The notes under the pieces: model-generated
What the model was told of the DNA's origin: nothing
Seen by the model: only the letters and a program-made list of their open reading frames with translations
The model's database searches: none
Program-made: the position numbers and the translations under genes
From: an uncultured Candidatus Binatia bacterium
GTDB taxonomy: Bacteria > Desulfobacterota > Binatia > UBA9968 > JAJDTQ01
Reading direction: 5' to 3'
Assembly: GCA_964291295.2 (NCBI GenBank)
Contig: OZ219754.1
Span: 1,536,001-1,600,000 of the forward strand
DNA length: 64,000 nucleotides
Part shown: piece by piece, positions 51,737-62,220 of the stretch
Position numbering within the stretch: position 1 is the stretch's first letter
Layout of the letters: every line of letters begins with the position of its first letter

Positions 51737-51828
51737 ACAGGCGAAAACGGCATGGGATGGGGCAGGCATGAAGGTGTCGGACACAAATCATGAGGGCGAT
51801 TGTTTCATCTTGTGTCTGGAGATGTACC

Positions 51829-52873
51829 ATGATGAATCGGGGCCTGTTCGAAGACAAATCGGAGCGCAAGCGTTCGGGCGCAAAAGTACTATGTGGGGAT
51901 GCTCTGGATATTCTGGGGGGGTCCCATCGTCTTCGATTGATTGCTGTGTAACATCACCACCCTACTGGGGGCAGAGAGAGTACAGCAACGGCGGCATTGG
52001 ACTGGAAGCGACGCCGGAGGCGTATATCAATCGTCTTTGTGCGGTTATTTCTGAAATCAGGCGCGTACTGACTCCGGCTGGCTCCTTCCGGCTCAACATC
52101 GGTGACGCCTATCGGGACAAATCTCTTGTCGGACTACCATGGCGCGCCGCAATAAAGCTCATGGACGAACAAGAGTGGATACTGAGAAATGACGTCATCC
52201 GGCACAAAGTGAAAGGCGCACCAGACAACTCAAAAGACAAGCTCAGACACGTCTACGAAGATATATTCCACTTTGTCCTTCGCAAGGACTACTACTATGA
52301 CGTCGATGCCATACGCGCAAAGCCTCGTAGTGCCCGCGTTCGGAACGGGGCCGTGGTATCGGCAACGGGTGTATCAGGAGTACGGTACAAGAGACAGATA
52401 GAGTTAGCCGCGGCCCTGACGGATTCGGAGAAAAAACCGCGCTATCATCGCTGGGTGCGATTCTGCCGGATGTGGCGACCGGGCAAGTATCAGACTTTCG
52501 CATGATCATTCGCGGCCAGCAGCGGACGACACATTCGGACAGCGAAAAGCTGTCTGGGCGGGCCAAGGAGTTGCGGGACAAGGGTTTCTACTTTCTCAAG
52601 TATCACCCGAAGGGAACCAAGCCCTCCGACGTGTGGGACATCATTCCGGAGGACACGCAAAACCGAATCGGTCATTTCGCGCCGTACCCCGAAGACCTTT
52701 GTCGGATTCCCATTGTCTCGACATGTCCTCCGGGAGGCGTTGTACTGGATCCGTTTTGCGGCACGGGTACCACGCTTGCCGTCGCCAGCGGCCTCGGCAG
52801 AAGGGGCATCGGTATCGACATTTCTCCCGAGTACGTGGTGATGACCCAAGACCGTATTGGTTCGCTGTCGTGA
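51829..52873 (+). pseudogene. Site-specific N4-cytosine/N6-adenine DNA methyltransferase (beta class) split by two homopolymer frameshifts
   Basis: KVLCGDALDIL / VPSSSIDCCVTSPPY / ...HFAPYPEDL..VLDPFCGTGTT lie in three successive frames. The breaks fall at G7 (51915-51921) and A6 (52431-52436). Confidence 0.85.
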
Positions 52874-53979
52874 ATAGAGTCGTCGATCTCTTCGGCTCTG
52901 ACGTTGCCACCCGTCATCCCCTGGACTGGAAGCGTATCGTTGCAGAGCAACAGTGCCCATTCGCAGGAAAGAAATGCTTCAAGGTTCGCAAGTCGCAACC
53001 GCACCTATCCATCGGTACGTGTACAATGCGGCACGGACACGATTCTACTCCGATCATGATCTGCCCGAACCGCCTTCTTGAGAGGCAACGGATTCTCGTG
53101 GACTGCCTTCATCTCCTTCAAGGTCATGCGCCCGGCAACGAATTGCACAGGGTATCTGAAGTGAGTGTTCCAGGTGGCAGCGTGGACTACTTCCTTGTGT
53201 CTGTTTTGGAGGGGAGAGGAAGGGACTTCGTTGGAATCGAACTTCAAACATTGGATACGACTGGAACCGTTTGGCCGGAACGTCAAAGGCTGCTTCAAGG
53301 GTTGGGGTTCGATGTGGAAGACGCCGACGTTTCCTCAAGAAAGCCTTGCGGCATGAATTGGAAGATGACGGCCAAGACCATTCTCGTGCAACTTCATCAC
53401 AAAGCGCGGACATTCGAGAATCTGAACAGACATCTTGTTCTGGTTGTTCAAGACCGACTCCTCCACCATATGAAGAGAGAGTTCAACTTCGAGCACCTGA
53501 GCATCGCCCGAAACGTGGACCCGATGCACTTTCATTCCTACAGGTTGTCCCGGAGGGCGCATGGCCACCGCATCGCGTTGGCAGAGCGTTATAGTACGAA
53601 CACGGAAGGGATTGCTGTTTGTTTGGGTCTTCAGGCCGAGGCCGAGGTAGAGCTTTCGGCGATGGTGGCGGCCATCGAGGCGAGGATTTCGGATGCCACT
53701 TCGTTCACTGTTTCCGGACAAGCCGATTTCGGTCGTAGCGTGCAGGGCGAACAGGCGGTGGAGCGGCACGGGTGGGGAACCGGCCGGGCGGAGCGCGAAG
53801 TTGTGATAGAGTCGGGAAAGGGGATACCGGGCCGCGTCCGGAGCCGTCCGTTGATTCGTGATGAGGAGGAATGGGGAGGAACATATGGATTCCGGCAGAT
53901 CGCTGAAACAGATGGAATTTCGATGAGAATGCGGCAGGGCGACGGTGCAAACGAGTGGCATCGACGGTGCCCGGGGTGA
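52870..53979 (+). CDS. NotI-family restriction endonuclease; C-terminal ~85 aa look like read-through
   Basis: CPF..KKC.K...GTC...ICPNR Cys cluster, SVDYFLV, GIELQTLDTTG, GMNWK. Its GTG start overlaps the MTase stop. Confidence 0.7.
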   Translation: MNRVVDLFGSDVATRHPLDWKRIVAEQQCPFAGKKCFKVRKSQPHLSIGTCTMRHGHDSTPIMICPNRLLERQRILVDCLHLLQGHAPGNELHRVSEVSVPGGSVDYFLVSVLEGRGRDFVGIELQTLDTTGTVWPERQRLLQGLGFDVEDADVSSRKPCGMNWKMTAKTILVQLHHKARTFENLNRHLVLVVQDRLLHHMKREFNFEHLSIARNVDPMHFHSYRLSRRAHGHRIALAERYSTNTEGIAVCLGLQAEAEVELSAMVAAIEARISDATSFTVSGQADFGRSVQGEQAVERHGWGTGRAEREVVIESGKGIPGRVRSRPLIRDEEEWGGTYGFRQIAETDGISMRMRQGDGANEWHRRCPG

Positions 53980-55454
53980 ATGAAGTGTCCCGCAACAAAG
54001 ACGCGAGGTTCGACAAGTTCCAGGAAGAATGCGCGGTGGTGGGAGTCCACGGCCATCCGGAAGCCGCCAACATGGTGTATCTGGGTCTCTATGCCCTGCA
54101 GCACCGCGGCCAGGAGTCGTCGGGCATCGTCTCTTCCGACCGGGGAATTCTCATCTCGCACCGCCAGATGGGTCTGGTGGCCGACGTCTTCAAGGAGGAG
54201 ATCATCAAGAACCTGCGCGGCTCCTCCGCCATCGGACACAACCGCTATTCCACCAGTGGGCGCACCGATATCAAGAACGCCCAGCCGTTGGTGGTCGAAT
54301 ACGCTGGCGGACCCATCGCCGTCTCCCACAACGGCAACCTGATCAACGCCAACCAGCTCCGGGAGCAACTCGAAGCGTCCGGTTCCATCTTCCAGTCCAC
54401 CTCCGACACCGAGGTCATCGTCCACCTCATTGCCACCTCGCGGGAGAAGAGCCTCAAGGACCGTGTCATCGACGCCCTGCACCGGGTCAAGGGTTCCTAT
54501 TCGCTGGTGTTCCTCACCGCCGACACCATGATCGCCGCCCGCGACCCCGTGGGTTTCCGGCCGTTGATCCTGGGGCGGTTCCGCCGCTCCGACAGGGCGG
54601 ACTCCTGGGTGGTGGCATCGGAAACCTGCGTGCTCGACCTGATCGAGGCGGAGTACGAACGCGAGGTGGAGCCCGGCGAGGTGCTGGTGCTCGGCCCCGG
54701 CGGCATGGAATCCCTCCGGCCCTTTCCGGAGACCCCGCCGGCCCGGTGCATCTTCGAGTCCATCTACTTTTCCCGGCCCGACAGCAAGGTCTTCGGCCAC
54801 AGCGTCTACCAGTATCGCAAGGAACTGGGCCGCCAGCTCGCCCGGGAAAGCCACGTCGAAGCCGATCTGGTGACACCGGTCCCCGACTCCGGCGTGCCCG
54901 CCGCCATCGGCTATGCCGAACAGTCGGGGGTGCCGCTGGACCTCGCCCTGATCCGCAATCACTACGTTGGCCGCACCTTCATCGAGCCGCAGCAGCATAT
55001 CCGGAACTTCGGCGTCAAGATCAAGCTCAACGCCATGTGCGAGGTGCTTCAGGGCAAGCGCGTGGTGGTGGTGGACGACTCCATCGTCCGCGGCACCACC
55101 AGCCAGAAGATCATTCGCATGCTGCGGGAGGCGGGCGCCACCGAAGTCCACGTCCGCATCAGCTCCCCGCCCACCATCAGCCCCTGCTACTACGGCATCG
55201 ACACCCCCACCCACAAGGAGCTCATCGCCTCCGTCCACTCCGTGGACGGCATCCGCGCCTTCATCGGCGCCGACTCCCTCGCCTACCTCAGCCGCGCCGG
55301 CCTCTACACCTTCTTCAAGGGTGACGACACCGGCTACTGCGACGCCTGCTTCACCGCCAACTACCCCATGCTGGCCGACGACAACGGCAAGACGCCGCAG
55401 CTGCATCTTTTCGAGGCCGCCGCCGCGGCTGAGGGAAGCCGCCGCCTGACGTGA
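53976..55454 (+). CDS. purF: Amidophosphoribosyltransferase
   Basis: EEC.VVG (Ntn Cys), LQHRGQE, GHNRYST, HNGNL, VDDSIVRGTT. Confidence 0.97.
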   Translation: MNEVSRNKDARFDKFQEECAVVGVHGHPEAANMVYLGLYALQHRGQESSGIVSSDRGILISHRQMGLVADVFKEEIIKNLRGSSAIGHNRYSTSGRTDIKNAQPLVVEYAGGPIAVSHNGNLINANQLREQLEASGSIFQSTSDTEVIVHLIATSREKSLKDRVIDALHRVKGSYSLVFLTADTMIAARDPVGFRPLILGRFRRSDRADSWVVASETCVLDLIEAEYEREVEPGEVLVLGPGGMESLRPFPETPPARCIFESIYFSRPDSKVFGHSVYQYRKELGRQLARESHVEADLVTPVPDSGVPAAIGYAEQSGVPLDLALIRNHYVGRTFIEPQQHIRNFGVKIKLNAMCEVLQGKRVVVVDDSIVRGTTSQKIIRMLREAGATEVHVRISSPPTISPCYYGIDTPTHKELIASVHSVDGIRAFIGADSLAYLSRAGLYTFFKGDDTGYCDACFTANYPMLADDNGKTPQLHLFEAAAAAEGSRRLT

Positions 55455-55474
55455 CGGCGGTGCGGTCCGCCGTT

Positions 55475-57226
55475 TCAGGTTTCCGGCCGGGTGCCGTCTT
55501 TCCGCGCCGTTTCAGGGTCGCCGGTTCCAGGCCGGGACGGCTCCGCGCACCGGCCGGTCACCACGACACCGTAGTCGCTCCGGGCGCTTTCCGCCGACAC
55601 GTACCCCTGCCGCACGTCTTCCAGCACCGCTTCCGGACGACGCTCGGAGGCAGCCCCCACGCCGCCTCCGCCCGGCCGCTCCACCCGCAGCAGGTCGCCG
55701 GCCTTCAGCCACTGGTCGCCGAAGCGGGAGGGCAGGCGGCGCTCGTCTTCCCGGCCGGGGTTGATGATGCAGCCGCCGGTGGCTCCCGGCCGGCCGCCAT
55801 CGATGCCCTGGGGGGCGAGGGCGTGCTTGTCGGTGCGCATGGAGAAGCGGACGCCGTCCTGGAGGATGCGGTATTCGCGGACAAAGCCGAGGCCGCCGCG
55901 ATGCCGGCCGGGACCGCCGGAATCGGGCCGCAGCTCGAAGCGTTCCACTCGGGTGGGAAACTCGGACTCGATGATCTCCACCGGGGCGGCCTTGCCGTTG
56001 CTCAGGTGGAACGAGGTGGCGGAGACGCCGTCCTTGCCGTTCCGGCCGCCCGCGCCGCCGGCGAATATCTCGTACTGGACGTAGCTGCGGCTGCCGTCCC
56101 GGGTGCGGCCTCCCAGGGCGATGGCGCCACTGCCGGAGCCCTCCGCGATGGTCTTGTCGGGGACCAGGGAGCCCATGGCCTGTAGCAGGGCTTCGGCCAC
56201 GACCAGCGCGGTGGGCATGTAGGCGTTCACCGCGGCCGGGTAGTCGGGGCAGACGACGGTGCCCTGGCGAAAGCGGGTTTCCACCACCCGTGCCAGTCCC
56301 TGGTTGACGGGCAGGAACGGATCGACCAGGGCGATGAGGCAGTAGCAGCAGCAGGCCCGTACCAAGGGAGGGCGGATGTTGGCCGGTCCGGCGGTCTGGG
56401 GGCCGCATTCCGAGAAGTCGAACAGGATGCGGTCGCCGGTCTTCTCCACGATGACCCGGATGCGCACCGGCCTGTCGAGGTCGATGCCGTCGTTGTCGAC
56501 GCAGGCTTCTCCCCGGTACCGGCCGTCGGGCCACGAGGCGATGACCTGCCTGAGCCGGCGTTCGGCCTGCCCCGCCAGATCCCGGGTGGAGGCCGCCACC
56601 GTGTCCCTGCCGTACCTGTCCAGCAGCTCGGCCAGCCGCCGCTCGCCCAGCCGGTTGGCGCCCACCTGGCCGCGGATGTCGCCCACCACCACCTCGGGAG
56701 TCCGGCTGTTGGCGTGGAGGAACCACTCCAGTTCGCGTACCGGACGGCCCGCGTCCATGAACTTCACCGCCGGCAGGTGCAGGCCTTCCTGAAAGATCTC
56801 CCGGGCCGTGCCCGAGCCGCTGCCGGGCACGGTGCCGCCGATGTCGCTCTTGTGGGCCATGCTGGCACAGAAGCCTGCCCACGCCCCCCGGTGGAAGACG
56901 GGGGTGAGCACGCCCATGTCCGGGGCATGGGGGCTGCCGCCGCGGTAGGGATGGTTGAGGATGTAGGCGTCGCCCTGCCGCAGCGTTTCGGGGGGAAACC
57001 GTTCGAGCACCCCCTCCGCGCAGGCGGGAAAGGCGCCCATGTGGAGCGGCAACACCACGTGCTGGGCGATGACCTCGGCCCGGGTGTCGAGGATGGCGCA
57101 ACTGGCGTCGTGGGATTCCCGGATGATGGTGGAGAAGCCGGTGCGGAAGAGCGAGGTCTGCATCTCCTGTACGATGCCGTCCAGGGCGGCGCGGATGACC
57201 TGGACCGTGATGGGGTCGGCGGTCAT
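55475..57226 (-). CDS. Hydantoinase B/oxoprolinase family protein (paralog 2)
   Basis: RTGFSTIIRES.DASC, LNHPY.GGSPHAPD, HKSDIGG, FQEG, SGG.G..RGG.G. Confidence 0.92.
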   Translation of the reverse strand: MTADPITVQVIRAALDGIVQEMQTSLFRTGFSTIIRESHDASCAILDTRAEVIAQHVVLPLHMGAFPACAEGVLERFPPETLRQGDAYILNHPYRGGSPHAPDMGVLTPVFHRGAWAGFCASMAHKSDIGGTVPGSGSGTAREIFQEGLHLPAVKFMDAGRPVRELEWFLHANSRTPEVVVGDIRGQVGANRLGERRLAELLDRYGRDTVAASTRDLAGQAERRLRQVIASWPDGRYRGEACVDNDGIDLDRPVRIRVIVEKTGDRILFDFSECGPQTAGPANIRPPLVRACCCYCLIALVDPFLPVNQGLARVVETRFRQGTVVCPDYPAAVNAYMPTALVVAEALLQAMGSLVPDKTIAEGSGSGAIALGGRTRDGSRSYVQYEIFAGGAGGRNGKDGVSATSFHLSNGKAAPVEIIESEFPTRVERFELRPDSGGPGRHRGGLGFVREYRILQDGVRFSMRTDKHALAPQGIDGGRPGATGGCIINPGREDERRLPSRFGDQWLKAGDLLRVERPGGGGVGAASERRPEAVLEDVRQGYVSAESARSDYGVVVTGRCAEPSRPGTGDPETARKDGTRPET

Positions 57227-57242
57227 GTCCGTTCCCGAAACC

Positions 57243-59012
57243 TCACTCCCTCACTCCCGCGCGCGCCGCGGCCGTGCGCGCCTCGTCCAGCACCGGGCCG
57301 CCGCCGGTTTCCCGCAAGGCGACGCCGTAGACGTCCAGGGCGTTTTCCGGTGACACGTAGCCGTTGGCGACGTCTCGCAGCACGGCTTCGGGGTCGCGTT
57401 CCCGGGGCTCGCCGAGACCGCCGCCTCCCGGGGTTTCGAGGCGGAACACGTCGGCCTGCCGAACGGGGATGTCGGAGCACCGGGAGGGGATCTCCCGTTC
57501 CTCGTTCGAGCCCGGGTTGAGGATGCCCTTGCCGGTACGACCGGAACCGCCGCCTTCCACCCCCCTGGGCGCCACTACGTGCTTGGTGGAGCGGAGCGAG
57601 AAGCGGCACTCGGGGTTCAGGAACTCGTATTCCCGGACAAAGCCCAGACCGCCGCGGAACCTGCCGGCACCGCCCGAGTCCGGCAGCAGCTCGAAGCGGC
57701 GCAGGCGGGTGGAGAACTCCGACTCGATGATTTCGATGGGGGCGATGCGGGCGTTGGACTGGTTGACGTTGGTGCCGGAAACGCCGTCCTTGCCGGAGCG
57801 GGCGCCGGAGCCGCCGCCGAAGATCTCGTACTGGACGTAGCTTCGGCCGGTCTTCTCGCTCCGGCCGCCGATGATGACGGAGCGGCTGGCGCAACCGTCG
57901 GCGACCTTCTTGACCGGCGTGAGTTGGCTCAGTGCCTCGAACAGGGCCTCCACCAGGGCGTGGACCGTGGGGTTGTAGGTGTTCACCGGCGCCGGGAAGC
58001 GGGGATTCAGCACGCTTCCCTCGGGGCAGTGGACTTCCACCACCCGGGCCAGCCCCTGATTGGTGGGGAGTGCCGGGTCGGTCAGCGCGGTCAGGCAGTA
58101 GGAACACGCCGCCCGCACCACCGAAGGCCGGATGTTGGCGGGGCCGCGGGTCTGGTCCGCGCTGCCGGAGAAGTCGAAGCGCAGCCGGTCGTCCTGCTTG
58201 TCGATGCGCACGCGGATGCGCACGGGCTGGTCGAGGTCGATGCCGTCGCTGTCCAGGAAGCGTTCGCCCCCGGCGCTCTTGTCGGGCCAGGTCGCGATCT
58301 CGTTGCGCACGCGCTCCTCGGTGAGCTGGAAGAGGCGGTGGTAGCAGGCGAGCACGGTTTCGCGGCCGTACCGGGCCATCATCGCGCCGAGGCGCCGCTC
58401 GCCCAGGCGCGCGGCGCCCAGCTGCCCGCGGATGTCGCCCACCACAAGCTCGGGCGTGCGGCTGTTGGCGCCGATGATTTCCTCGATGTCCCGGTTGGTG
58501 CTGAAGCGGTCGATGTACTTGACCGGCGGCACCTGCAGCCCCTCCTGGTAGACCTCCCGGGCCTGGCTCCAGCAGCTTCCGGGCACCGGCCCGCCGATGT
58601 CGCTCTTGTGGGCCATGGTGGCGGAGAAACCCACCCATGCGCCCTCGAAGAAGATCGGCGTCATCACGCACATGTCCGGTGCGTGGGGGCTGCCGCCAAG
58701 GTAGGGATGATTGGTGAGGTAGGCGTCGCCCTCATGGATCTCCGCCGGGTCGTAGCTCCGCAACACGCCTTGGGCGCAGGCCGGAAACGCGCCCATGTGG
58801 AGCGGCAGCACCACATGCTGCGCCGCCACCCCGCCGTCGCGGGTGAGGATGGCGCAACTGGCGTCCTGGGATTCCCGGATGATGGTGGAGAAGCCGGTGC
58901 GGAAGAGCGAGTTCTGCATCTCCTGCACGATGCCGGCGAGCCGGGCCTGAATCACCTGGAGGGTGATGGGGTCCGCGGCGGCGTCCGCCGCGCGGGATTC
59001 CGCGTGTGCCAT
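57243..59012 (-). CDS. Hydantoinase B/oxoprolinase family protein (paralog 1)
   Basis: Same motifs as paralog 2; ETPGGGG.G.P..R. Confidence 0.92.
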   Translation of the reverse strand: MAHAESRAADAAADPITLQVIQARLAGIVQEMQNSLFRTGFSTIIRESQDASCAILTRDGGVAAQHVVLPLHMGAFPACAQGVLRSYDPAEIHEGDAYLTNHPYLGGSPHAPDMCVMTPIFFEGAWVGFSATMAHKSDIGGPVPGSCWSQAREVYQEGLQVPPVKYIDRFSTNRDIEEIIGANSRTPELVVGDIRGQLGAARLGERRLGAMMARYGRETVLACYHRLFQLTEERVRNEIATWPDKSAGGERFLDSDGIDLDQPVRIRVRIDKQDDRLRFDFSGSADQTRGPANIRPSVVRAACSYCLTALTDPALPTNQGLARVVEVHCPEGSVLNPRFPAPVNTYNPTVHALVEALFEALSQLTPVKKVADGCASRSVIIGGRSEKTGRSYVQYEIFGGGSGARSGKDGVSGTNVNQSNARIAPIEIIESEFSTRLRRFELLPDSGGAGRFRGGLGFVREYEFLNPECRFSLRSTKHVVAPRGVEGGGSGRTGKGILNPGSNEEREIPSRCSDIPVRQADVFRLETPGGGGLGEPRERDPEAVLRDVANGYVSPENALDVYGVALRETGGGPVLDEARTAAARAGVRE

Positions 59013-59045
59013 GGTTCTCTCCGGCGCCGTTCTTCGCCCGCGCCG

Positions 59046-61115
59046 CTACCCTTTCGACATGATGATCAGGTTCCTGAAGGCGTCCACCCGTGCCCGCTGT
59101 TCCGGATGGATGACGGTGGTGGTGTCCATCTGCTCCACCACCGCGGGGCCGTCGAACTCGTGTCCCGGCTCCAGGCGGGCCCGGTCGTAGATGGGGCAGT
59201 CCTGGAAGCCCGGGTCGCGGCCGAAGAAGATCCGGCGCTGGCCGGTGCGGGCATCGGCCGCACTTGCCCCGGTGGCCTCGAACGGCGACAGCCGCACCTG
59301 CGGCACCCGCGCCTCGGACACGAGCCTCACGCTCACCAGTTCCACGGGCTCGGACTCGGCCTTGTGGCCGTGGGCCTGCTCATGGATGGCGTGGAAGCGC
59401 TGCTGTGCCCGTTCCAGGTCGTCGGGTCCGAGCGGCGGGAGCGGGCACGGCACGGTCAGCTCGTAGCCTTGCCCGGCGTAGCGCAGATCCAGGAACGGCG
59501 TCAGCACGATGGCGTCGTCCGGAAAGCCCTCTTCGGAGAGTTCTTCCCGGGCCTGTTCCATGAGCGGGTCGAACAGGGCGTTGAGGTCGTCGGGTCCGAG
59601 TTCCCGCATGGGCGCCAGCCTGGAGCGCACGTGGTCGTGCTTCACGTCCGACATCAGCAGTCCCAGGGCCGAGTGGACTCCGGGGGTGGGCGGCACCAGC
59701 AGGGTGGGGATGCCGAGGTCCAGCGCCAGCCGGCCGGCGTGCATGGGGCCGGCGCCGCCAAAGGCCACCAGGGTGAAGTCCCGGATGTCGTAGCCGCGCT
59801 GGGACGACACCGCCTTGATGGCCTCCTCCATCTTGACGCTGATGATCCTGAGAATGCCGTCCGCGGCCTCGTGAAGGCCGAGTCCCAGCGGTCTGGCGAT
59901 CCGCTCCTCCACCAGCGATTCCGCCCGGGCCTTGTCGAGCCGGAGTCGGCCGCCCAGGAAATGGTCGGGATCCAGCACCCCCAGTATCACGTTGGCGTCG
60001 GTGACGGTGGCGTTGTCGCCGCCCCGGCCGTAACAGATGGGGCCCGGGTCGGCGCCGGCGCTGTCGGGCCCCACCTGCAGCGCTCCCACCGAGTCGATAC
60101 GCGCGATGGTGCCGCCGCCCGCGCTCACGGTGTGGATGTCCAGCATCGGCAGGCTGATGGGGCGCTGGTTGATGCGCCCCTGGGTCGTCACCACCGGACG
60201 GCCCTCGTGGATCAGCGCCACGTCGCAACTGGTGCCGCCCATGTCGAAGGTGATGATGTTGTCGATGCCCACCTTGGCGCTGGCTCCGAGCGACGAGATC
60301 ACCCCGCCGGCAGGTCCGGAGAGCACCGTGGCCACGGGGATGCGCGCCGAGGTTCGGAAGGTCGCCACGCCGCCGTTGGACTGCATGATGTAGAGTTGGG
60401 GCGTGGTGACGCCCATCTCCCGCAGGCGCGTCTCCAGCCGGTCGAGGTAGGCGCTCACCACCGGCGCGATGTAGGCATTGATGACCGTCGTGCTCATCCG
60501 GTAGAACTCGCGGATCTGCGGCAGCACTTCGCACGACAGCGACAGGCTGGCCTCCGGGAATTCCTCGGCCATGATTCGCTTCACCGCCCGTTCGTGTTCC
60601 AGGTTCAGGAAGGAGAACAGGAAACAGACCGCCACGGACTCGACGCCCTTGGCCTTGAGACGGCGGATGGCCTCGGTGGCCTGCCCGCAATCCACGGGGG
60701 TGAGCGCCCGGCCCTGGAAATCCACTCGTTCGCGGATCTCCTCGGTGGTGCGGGGGGCGGCCAGCAGGCGGGGTTTTTCGAAGAACAGGTCATAGGTGAC
60801 GGGACCGTAGCCCCGACTCTGCTCCATGACCTCGTAGATGCCGCGGAAACCTTCGGTCACCAGAAGGCCGGTCAGCGCCCCCTTTTCTTCCAGCAGAGCG
60901 TTGGTGCCCACGGTGGTGCCGTGGGAAAAGAAGCGGACGTCCTCGGCCGCAACGCCTCGGTCGAGCAGTTCCCGGACCCCGTCGAGCACCGCCTGGAACG
61001 GTTCCCTGGGGGTGGAAGGCACCTTGGTGATGGCGATCGCGCCGCTGTCTTCGTTGAAGAGAACAAAGTCGGAAAAGGTCCCTCCGGTGTCCACCGCTAC
61101 TCGATATCGCGCCAT
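59046..61115 (-). CDS. Hydantoinase A/oxoprolinase family ATP-binding subunit
   Basis: VDTGGTFSD, HGTTVGTN, SGPAGG, DMGGTS, GPDSAGADPGP, AFGGAG. Confidence 0.93.
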   Translation of the reverse strand: MARYRVAVDTGGTFSDFVLFNEDSGAIAITKVPSTPREPFQAVLDGVRELLDRGVAAEDVRFFSHGTTVGTNALLEEKGALTGLLVTEGFRGIYEVMEQSRGYGPVTYDLFFEKPRLLAAPRTTEEIRERVDFQGRALTPVDCGQATEAIRRLKAKGVESVAVCFLFSFLNLEHERAVKRIMAEEFPEASLSLSCEVLPQIREFYRMSTTVINAYIAPVVSAYLDRLETRLREMGVTTPQLYIMQSNGGVATFRTSARIPVATVLSGPAGGVISSLGASAKVGIDNIITFDMGGTSCDVALIHEGRPVVTTQGRINQRPISLPMLDIHTVSAGGGTIARIDSVGALQVGPDSAGADPGPICYGRGGDNATVTDANVILGVLDPDHFLGGRLRLDKARAESLVEERIARPLGLGLHEAADGILRIISVKMEEAIKAVSSQRGYDIRDFTLVAFGGAGPMHAGRLALDLGIPTLLVPPTPGVHSALGLLMSDVKHDHVRSRLAPMRELGPDDLNALFDPLMEQAREELSEEGFPDDAIVLTPFLDLRYAGQGYELTVPCPLPPLGPDDLERAQQRFHAIHEQAHGHKAESEPVELVSVRLVSEARVPQVRLSPFEATGASAADARTGQRRIFFGRDPGFQDCPIYDRARLEPGHEFDGPAVVEQMDTTTVIHPEQRARVDAFRNLIIMSKG

Positions 61116-61237
61116 CGGGGTTGCGTTAACATGATTCGGCAGAGGGTTCAATTGGGCGTCGGGAAGGGCCTCCGGGCGGCTTGACAGGGCCCGCGATTTC
61201 CCGATAGAGCAATGTCACAATCGTTTCGCGGCCGTAT

Positions 61238-61336
61238 CGGGGCACCTTCGGGGCACCTTCGGGGCGCCACCGGGGCGCCACCGGGGCGCCTTCCGGGAGC
61301 CTTCAGGGAACCCTCAGGAGACCCGCAGGAGACCAT
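61238..61336. repeat. Nine progressively diverging 11-bp tandem units
   Basis: CGGGGCACCTT x2, CGGGGCGCCAC x2, CGGGGCGCCTT, CCGGGAGCCTT, CAGGGAACCCT, CAGGAGACCCG, CAGGAGACCAT. Confidence 0.85.
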
Positions 61337-61375
61337 TATCATGCGGGCCGCCGGCCCGGCCGGAGAGGAGCATTC

Positions 61376-62146
61376 ATGATCGAAGGGTTGCAGGGCAAGG
61401 TGGTGATCATAACGGGCGGAGGGCACGGCATCGGCAAGGCGTATGCCGAGGGATTTACCAGGTCCGGCTCCCGTGTGGTGGTGGCGGACATCGACGGCGA
61501 GGCGGCGGAGAAGGTGGCGGGAGACTTGGCGAAGCTGAGCGAGGCCGGGTCCATGGCGGTTGCCGTGGACGTGTCCGACGAGGCGTCCGCCAACCAGATG
61601 GCCGCCAAGGCCGTCGAGCGCTTCGGTCGGGTGGACGTGCTGGTGAACAACGCGTCGATCTTCGCCACCATTCCCATGAACCGGGGGGGCATCGAGGATA
61701 TCAGCATCGAGGAGTGGGACCGGCTCATGTCGGTGAACCTCAAGGGCGTGTTCCTGTGCTGCCGCGCGGTGCTGCCGCAGATGCGCCGGCAGAATTCCGG
61801 CAAGATCATCAACATCGCCTCCGGCACCGCCCTCTACGGCCCGCCCGGACGCATCCACTATGTGGCCTCCAAGGCCGGCGTCATGGGCTTCAGCCGCACG
61901 CTGGCGCGGGAGGTGGGCGACGACAACATCCAGGTGAACATCCTCTGTCCGGGGTCCACGCTGTCCGAGGAGCACCCCACCGAGGAGATCCTCAAGATGC
62001 GCCAGAGCAACATCGGTTCGCGCGCCCTCAAGCGGGTGCAGGTACCGCAGGATCTCGTGGGCGGGGTGCTGTTCATGGCCTCGCCGCTGGCGGATTTCAT
62101 GACCGGCCAGACCCTCGTGGTGGACGGGGGTCAGAACATGCACTAG
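61376..62146 (+). CDS. Short-chain dehydrogenase/reductase
   Basis: TGGGHGIG, LVNNA, YVASK, MTGQTLVVDGG. Confidence 0.95.
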   Translation: MIEGLQGKVVIITGGGHGIGKAYAEGFTRSGSRVVVADIDGEAAEKVAGDLAKLSEAGSMAVAVDVSDEASANQMAAKAVERFGRVDVLVNNASIFATIPMNRGGIEDISIEEWDRLMSVNLKGVFLCCRAVLPQMRRQNSGKIINIASGTALYGPPGRIHYVASKAGVMGFSRTLAREVGDDNIQVNILCPGSTLSEEHPTEEILKMRQSNIGSRALKRVQVPQDLVGGVLFMASPLADFMTGQTLVVDGGQNMH

Positions 62147-62220
62147 CGACATCCCGGGCCTGACCCTCCGAATTTTCAGGAGTTACGGGCATATCCGCCG
62201 ATCTGATCCGCCGGCTTGCG

